Source: Trueperaceae bacterium (GTDB taxonomy: Bacteria; Deinococcota; Deinococci; Deinococcales; Trueperaceae). Taken from it: a stretch of 64,000 nt of DNA. The stretch covers positions 1,632,001 to 1,696,000 of the forward strand of contig OZ243913.1 of the NCBI GenBank assembly GCA_965213705.1, read 5' to 3'. Positions 58,576-64,000 of the stretch are shown one piece after another (the stretch's first letter is position 1; each line of letters begins with the position of its first letter). A model generated the notes under the pieces. It was not told the origin of the DNA, did not search any database, and saw nothing but the letters and a program-made list of their open reading frames with translations. A program made the position numbers and the translations under genes.

Positions 58576-60282
58576 TCAGTAGCGGTAGGTGACGAACAGC
58601 TGCGCCGGCCCGTCGGTGTCTTCGTGAGAGGTCGCGGCGCGGTGGGCCGTACTGCCGGGTTCGCCACTCAGGATAAAGACGAGTGCGGAAGAAGCGTTCC
58701 AATTGGGGTAGTCAACGACCTCTTGCACCAGTGCGGACAGGTCGGGTGAGCGTTCCGCTCCGGTGGCTGACCTTTCATCACCCCACAGTGGCGGTTCCCA
58801 CAGCGCTAGCGCCGCAGTCACGGGCCGGTCGGAAATATTGTTGACAGCGCCGTGGACGAAAGTCGCCGCGTTCGGGTCGGCTTCGGCTCTGATGGTGAGG
58901 TTTGGAAAGGTGGTGTGCGCGTAGTCCTCATCGGATATGAACTGGATATAAGCGCTTTCGATGGTGGCACCCTGGGGAATGTTGAGGCCGCGAAAGCGCA
59001 GGCCCACGAGCTGCTGGGTCCGGTTCAAGGTGTCGTAAGCCAGGTCGAGGTCGCCGCCGGTGGTGTCTGTAGCATTGGCGGGAAGCGAGTTGTTGGTGGG
59101 TTTTTTCAAAAACTGCTCGGCGTCGTCCGTACTCACGCGCGGGTTGTTCGGGTCGGTGCCGCGGATGGGCACCTTGAGGGTTCTCACTGTGCCGCTCGCC
59201 TCGAGTTTGAAGACGGCGGTGACCTGGGTAGCCGCCTTCAGCGTGACCCTGCACACGTCGCCGGAAGCGTTCGCGCAATCCTGCCAACCCGAGAAAACCG
59301 AACCCGCGTTCGCGGTCGCGTTCAAGGTGACGGCCGTACCTGCCCCAAAGTTTTCGGTGCAGTCGCTGCCGCAGCTGATGCCGACGGGCGTGCTCGAGAC
59401 CGTCCCCGCCCCGCCGCCCGTTGTGACGACCGTGAGCGGGTAGCTGACCGGTCCCGTGTCGTTTTCGGTAAACGAAGCGGTCACGCTCGTGTCGGCCGTC
59501 AGCGTCAAGCTGCACGCGCCCGTGCCCGTGCAAGCCCCGCCCCAGCCCGCGAAGCTCGAGCCCGCCGCGGGCGTGGCGCGCAAACTTACCACAGTGCCGG
59601 CGGCGAAGTCCGCCGCGCAAGTCGCCGGGCAGTTTATTCCGGCGGGCGAGCTGGTAACGCTCCCCGCACCTGCAAGGCTTACAGACAGCTGAGGCTGTTC
59701 GGTGAAGGTCGCTGTGACGGTCCGGGTCGCGCTCATCGTCACCCGGCAAGCCCCCGTACCGGTGCAGTCGCCGTCCCAGCCCGCAAACTCGGAGCCTGCG
59801 TCCGGCTCGGCGCTCAACGTCACGATGCTGTTTTCGGCATACGTTTCGCGGCAGTCGGAGCCGCAGATTATACCCGCCGGGTCGCCGGTCACCGTACCAC
59901 CGCCGTTTTTGGTCACCACGAGGTCGAAGGTGGCAGCGCCGACGCGGTCAAAGGTCGCGCGCACGTTTTTGGCGTCGTTCATGACGACTTCACAAACGGC
60001 CGCGCCGGGGTCGCCACAGTCGCCGTCCCAGCCTGTAAAAACCGAACCGTCGTCAACCGCCGCGGTGAGGCTTACAGTTTTGCCGAGGGGAAAGTCGGCG
60101 GTAAAGTCTTGGCGGTAGTCGGTGTCCCCCGTATCCGACGTCACGGTGAGCGCACCGCCGCCCTCACCCAGAAAGTTGACGGTGAGGGGCGCCGACGCTG
60201 TCGGCTCGTCCGTGCAGGCCACCACAAAAAAGCTGACGACGGCAAGCAAGACGGCGTAAGAGAAAAGCGCTTTGGGGTTCAT
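58576..60282 (-). CDS. Surface lipoprotein with four divergent InlB B-type Cys-containing repeats and a C-terminal beta domain
   Basis: Lipobox VVAC; four repeats GxVxxxPxGIxC..C...GSxFxGW..C....C.....VxAxF; C-terminal VGLRF..IPQGATI..AYIQF. Confidence 0.8.
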   Translation of the reverse strand: MNPKALFSYAVLLAVVSFFVVACTDEPTASAPLTVNFLGEGGGALTVTSDTGDTDYRQDFTADFPLGKTVSLTAAVDDGSVFTGWDGDCGDPGAAVCEVVMNDAKNVRATFDRVGAATFDLVVTKNGGGTVTGDPAGIICGSDCRETYAENSIVTLSAEPDAGSEFAGWDGDCTGTGACRVTMSATRTVTATFTEQPQLSVSLAGAGSVTSSPAGINCPATCAADFAAGTVVSLRATPAAGSSFAGWGGACTGTGACSLTLTADTSVTASFTENDTGPVSYPLTVVTTGGGAGTVSSTPVGISCGSDCTENFGAGTAVTLNATANAGSVFSGWQDCANASGDVCRVTLKAATQVTAVFKLEASGTVRTLKVPIRGTDPNNPRVSTDDAEQFLKKPTNNSLPANATDTTGGDLDLAYDTLNRTQQLVGLRFRGLNIPQGATIESAYIQFISDEDYAHTTFPNLTIRAEADPNAATFVHGAVNNISDRPVTAALALWEPPLWGDERSATGAERSPDLSALVQEVVDYPNWNASSALVFILSGEPGSTAHRAATSHEDTDGPAQLFVTYRY

Positions 60283-60470
60283 GAGGTTGCCTTTCGGGGT
60301 GAGCTGTTCGAGTAAAAACGTGAAAAATTCCGCATGTGCCAAGTGTGACCCGAAACGCCACAGCGCGCTGTGACGGGCGACGGTTCCGGGGGCGTCTCAA
60401 ACCTCTACAACGTTTTACGCTGCTGCTTTGAACTAGCGCCGCCTATACCACCGCGTCTACATCACCGCGC

Positions 60471-61829
60471 CTACACCACCGCGTCGACGCCGGCCTCGAG
60501 ACTGGGCAACACGAGCCGAAACCGAGTGCCCTCGCCCAAGGTGCTGTCGACCTCGAGCGTGCCTTCGTGAACGTCGGCAATTTGCCGGACGATGGCGAGT
60601 CCTAAGCCGGCGCCACCGCCTTTGCCTTTGTAAAACTTATCAAAAATGTGCGGCAGTTCCGCGGCTGAGATGCCCGGCCCCCGGTCGCGCACCTCTAGAA
60701 CGACGGTCTCCGCAAAGCAACTCAGGCGCAAGTCGACCGCGCCCGGGTCGCCGCTTAGCCGCACCGCGTTGGCGGTCAAGTTGCGCACCAACTGCCGCAA
60801 CCGCTCGGGGTCGCCGACGAGGGTCGCGCCCGGCGCGCCCGTCAAGCCGACGCCCTGAAACTCTTCGGCGACCGGCTGCAGGATGTCTAAGTAGGGGTCG
60901 ACGAGGTGCGGCACGAGTTCTTGTACCAGTTCGCCGCGCGACAACTGCAGCAGGTCGGCGACGAGCCGCGACATCGTCTGCGCGATGCGTTTGGCGTCGG
61001 CCAAGTCCCGCTGCACGTCTAGGTCGGCCCCGCGCGAGGCGCGCTCCAAAAAACCCTGCAAACTCGTTAAAGGCGTGCGGAGTTCGTGGCTGGTTTCGGC
61101 CAAAAAGCTTCTCTGAGCGTCCAGGGCCGCTTTCAGGCGCAAGATGAGGTCGTCGATAACGCGGCTGAGCTGGCCCACCTCGTCGTCCGGCCCCCGGTAG
61201 TGAAGCGGTTGCAGGTTGTGCGGGTCGACTCGTGCGGCCAGGGCCGCGAGTTGGGTGATGGGCCGAATCGCAGTCGCCGCGACGATGTAAGCAATCAACG
61301 CGCTCGCCCCGATGAGGATGAGGGCTGTGAGGACGAGCGACTGCGCCAACTTGCGCAGCGCAATCGGGATGAAGCCCGTCGCCGCGAGGACCACCACCAC
61401 GCCCAGGTCGAACGGGGCCAGCGCGGCGCGAACCGGCTGCCCGAGGACTTCGCCCTGCCAGTCGCGCACCGTACCGCCTTCGAAGGTTCTGCCGATAAGG
61501 TCTTGGGGCAAAAACGCCTCGGTTTCGTACTGGGGGCTCGAGGACGCCAAAAAGTTTCCCTGCTTGTCGTAAAGCTGGACGACGACCCGCCCGGTCGGGG
61601 CCGAGCGTAAACTTTCGGGCTGGCTCACCGCGCCGCCGTCGCTGCCGCTGTTGTAGTAAAGACCTATTTTTTGGGCGTCCTCGCGCAAACCGCGTTGCAG
61701 GTCGCCGAACAGCGAAGCTTTTACGACGAAGTAAGCGGTAAACACCGCCACCACGCTGAGCAGCGCAATCGCCAGCGCCGTCAACACGGCGATGCGCCAC
61801 CTCAAGGGAATGCCGCGACGAACTATCAT
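60471..61829 (-). CDS. HAMP sensor histidine kinase
   Basis: Two TM, SHELRTPL, NLTANA, DRGPG, GLGL. Confidence 0.94.
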   Translation of the reverse strand: MIVRRGIPLRWRIAVLTALAIALLSVVAVFTAYFVVKASLFGDLQRGLREDAQKIGLYYNSGSDGGAVSQPESLRSAPTGRVVVQLYDKQGNFLASSSPQYETEAFLPQDLIGRTFEGGTVRDWQGEVLGQPVRAALAPFDLGVVVVLAATGFIPIALRKLAQSLVLTALILIGASALIAYIVAATAIRPITQLAALAARVDPHNLQPLHYRGPDDEVGQLSRVIDDLILRLKAALDAQRSFLAETSHELRTPLTSLQGFLERASRGADLDVQRDLADAKRIAQTMSRLVADLLQLSRGELVQELVPHLVDPYLDILQPVAEEFQGVGLTGAPGATLVGDPERLRQLVRNLTANAVRLSGDPGAVDLRLSCFAETVVLEVRDRGPGISAAELPHIFDKFYKGKGGGAGLGLAIVRQIADVHEGTLEVDSTLGEGTRFRLVLPSLEAGVDAVV

Positions 61830-61973
61830 GTTAAGAGGCTGACATACCGGCCCGCCTCATGCAAGCCGGTGGACGACTTTTGGGGTGAAGAAGAGAGTTG
61901 CTCGTCGCCACCTCAATTTTTAGACGAACGACCAAACACGAAGGACGAACAACGCTTGGTTTTTTAAGCCTCG

Positions 61974-62654
61974 CTAACCCTTGACCGCGTAGCCGATGCC
62001 GCGCACGGTGCGAATCATTCCGTAGCCGCCCGCGTCGCGGAGTTTGCTGCGGATGTTGGCGATGTGCACGTCGACCACGTTGCTGGAAGGCGGCAAGTCC
62101 TCGCCCCAAACGTTTTGCTCTATTTCTTCGCGGCTGTAGACGCGGCCGGGTTGGTTGCAGAGGTAACTCAGCAAATCGAACTCTCTGGGGGACAAGCGCA
62201 CCTCGCCCTCCTCCCAAAAAATCTGGCGGCGCGTCGCGTCGATGCTGAGGTCGCCCACGCGCTGCACGGCCCCCAAACTGCGGCGGCGCAACTGCACGTT
62301 GATGCGCGCCAGCAACTCGTCGGCGTGGAACGGCTTGGCGAGGTAGTCGTCGGCACCGGCGTTCAGCAGGTCGACCTTTGTCGCCACGTCGTCTTTGGCG
62401 GTCAGGATGATGATGGGCGTTTCGGTCGTCTTGCGCACGCGCCGCGCGATTTCGGCGCCGTTCATGTCGGGCAGGCCGAGGTCCAAAACGACCAAGTCCG
62501 GGCTGCCCTCGCGCACCGCCGACAGGCCGCGCATCCCGGTGTCGCAGTGGGTCACGTCGAAACCTGCCTCTTCGAGTTCCAAGCGCAACAGGCGGCTGAT
62601 GTCGAGGTCGTCTTCGACGATGAGCACGTGTTTTTTGTCTTCCATAGTCATCAT
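61974..62654 (-). CDS. OmpR family response regulator
   Basis: IVEDD, LDLGLP, GADDYLAKPF, TVRGIGY. Confidence 0.95.
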   Translation of the reverse strand: MMTMEDKKHVLIVEDDLDISRLLRLELEEAGFDVTHCDTGMRGLSAVREGSPDLVVLDLGLPDMNGAEIARRVRKTTETPIIILTAKDDVATKVDLLNAGADDYLAKPFHADELLARINVQLRRRSLGAVQRVGDLSIDATRRQIFWEEGEVRLSPREFDLLSYLCNQPGRVYSREEIEQNVWGEDLPPSSNVVDVHIANIRSKLRDAGGYGMIRTVRGIGYAVKG

Positions 62655-63034
62655 TGGCCTTCTCCTTTGGGGTTTATCTCGAGGGTGATGCCACGTTCCT
62701 CCGCCAACCATTTCTTAAACGACAGTGGGCCGTCCAACTCTTCGAACTGCACCAAGATGTCGTCGCCTTGCGGGCTCAGGCGGGCTACCAGAGCCTGGTT
62801 GCCGAGCGCCTCGACGGTGGCTTGGGGTGAAGCGTCCGGCTGCAAGATGAGCAGGCGCACGTCGCCCTCGGCCGCGAAGTCGCCGGTCATGACGAGACGG
62901 TGGTCGCGAACCTGCGCGCTGGCGTAGACGGTGACCAAGTCCAGCGAGACCAGCTTGACCTCGGTGCCCGGTGCCATGTCCGGCAACCCGGCGACGGTCT
63001 GACTCACCAAAAACCAAAAAAGGAGGTCAATCAC
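62651..63034 (-). CDS. Hypothetical protein, first gene of the two-component operon
   Basis: 127-aa ORF, hydrophobic N-terminus, stop overlaps the regulator start. Confidence 0.7.
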   Translation of the reverse strand: MIDLLFWFLVSQTVAGLPDMAPGTEVKLVSLDLVTVYASAQVRDHRLVMTGDFAAEGDVRLLILQPDASPQATVEALGNQALVARLSPQGDDILVQFEELDGPLSFKKWLAEERGITLEINPKGEGQ

Positions 63035-63242
63035 GGCTAAAAACCCTGTCGTAATTCATCATGAAGGCTATGGTAGCAACTTCACGCTTAAGAGGACGCT
63101 AAGCTAGATAAAGAAACGTTAATAGATGGTGAGAAAAAGGGCGGAAAAATGAAGACGCTCGCCGTCTCGGTTACGGCCTGTGGCCGGCCGAGTGAAGTAT
63201 CCCGTGTCCTCGCGGCGGCCTTGTCCGTCATGATGGACAGTG

Positions 63243-64000
63243 ATGACAGCTCACCGCTGGCAAGCACCTGGCCTCGCTGCGCCGCTTTTCGCCCCACTCG
63301 CACGGGACACCTTTTGGCGAGTCCTGAGTTGGCTCGCGCTGAGCGCGCTGCTGAGCCCCGTCTCGGCGCAGCCCGGCGCGAGCGTTTACTACCAACAGTG
63401 TTTGCGCTTCGAGGCGTTGGGTGACCTGCAAACGGCGCGTCAAAGTTGTCTGAACGCCTTAGAGCTGAACGCGTCTTCGGTCGACACCAAGCTGGCCTTG
63501 GCCCGCGTCGAGCTGGCTTTGGGAAACGCGGCCGCAGCTGAAACTCACCTGAACGAGATTCTCGCGCAGACCCTGAGCGCCGAACCTCACGTGCTGCTCG
63601 CCGAAGCCGCCTTGGCCGAGGGCCGTACCGAAGCGGCGGCCGACTTTTTGAACGCGGCGCGCGAACGCCTGTCTCAAAACCCCAACAGCGCGTTGGAAGG
63701 CCGGTTTTACTTTGTAGAGGGAAAACTTGCCGCGGCGCGGGGCGACTACGGCGCCGCGCGCCGCGCTTACCAGAGCGCCAACGCCGCGGAGCCTCTCGAC
63801 CGGCGCTACCCGCTCGCCCTGGCGGAGCTGTTGTTTGAACTCGGCGACACGGCGGGAGCCAGGCGCGAACTCGAGACCTATCAAACGTTTTCGAGCAGCG
63901 CCCGCGACCCCCAAAACGCCAGCGCTCGCGACCCCGCCCTGCTGTCCTTGTTGGGCCGCGTCAAGTGGGCGCAGAGCGACCTGAGCGGGGCCGTCAGCGA
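63243..64000 (+). CDS. Tetratricopeptide-repeat protein, partial (runs off the window)
   Basis: Open frame to the window end with a signal-like segment then helical repeats (LALARVELALGNAAAA, LLAEAALAEG, LALAELLFELGD); start uncertain. Confidence 0.75.
   Translation, partial: MTAHRWQAPGLAAPLFAPLARDTFWRVLSWLALSALLSPVSAQPGASVYYQQCLRFEALGDLQTARQSCLNALELNASSVDTKLALARVELALGNAAAAETHLNEILAQTLSAEPHVLLAEAALAEGRTEAAADFLNAARERLSQNPNSALEGRFYFVEGKLAAARGDYGAARRAYQSANAAEPLDRRYPLALAELLFELGDTAGARRELETYQTFSSSARDPQNASARDPALLSLLGRVKWAQSDLSGAVS

Overview
This is a GC-rich bacterial chromosomal segment. Gene content and style suggest Deinococcota, probably Truepera-like (inference): many apparently leaderless genes, a short GidA-like protein, a Thermus/Deinococcus-type ccm operon and trmH. 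Most genes are housekeeping or metabolic: PAS-GGDEF-EAL, menG/ubiE, glgA, a sugar ABC transporter with GH42 beta-galactosidase, a TRAP solute-binding protein, large NAD-glutamate dehydrogenase, lspA, prmC, tRNA-Leu(GAG), trmH, a cold-shock protein, lipB/lipA, ExeM-comEA-comEC, purQ-HAD-purL-purF, ccdA-ccmABCDEFGH plus a CcmI/cytochrome c fusion and a Rieske protein, and an OmpR-type two-component system. The accessory parts are three small toxin-antitoxin-type islets (DinJ-YafQ inside a sugar ABC operon, HicB with a decayed HicA, and an AT-rich Panacea/DUF4065 gene with an unknown two-helix membrane partner) and a MarR-hydrolase-TspO-ABC module whose permease has a nonsense codon. Non-coding signals include strong over-representation of the palindrome CTCGAG (about 130 sites by hand count), short tandem duplications that alter reading frames (a sugar dehydrogenase and the purQ start), a dispersed heptamer-based palindromic repeat, and a poly-C/poly-G REP/MITE-like element in the ccm operon. 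I saw no CRISPR array, rRNA, transposase or integrase.
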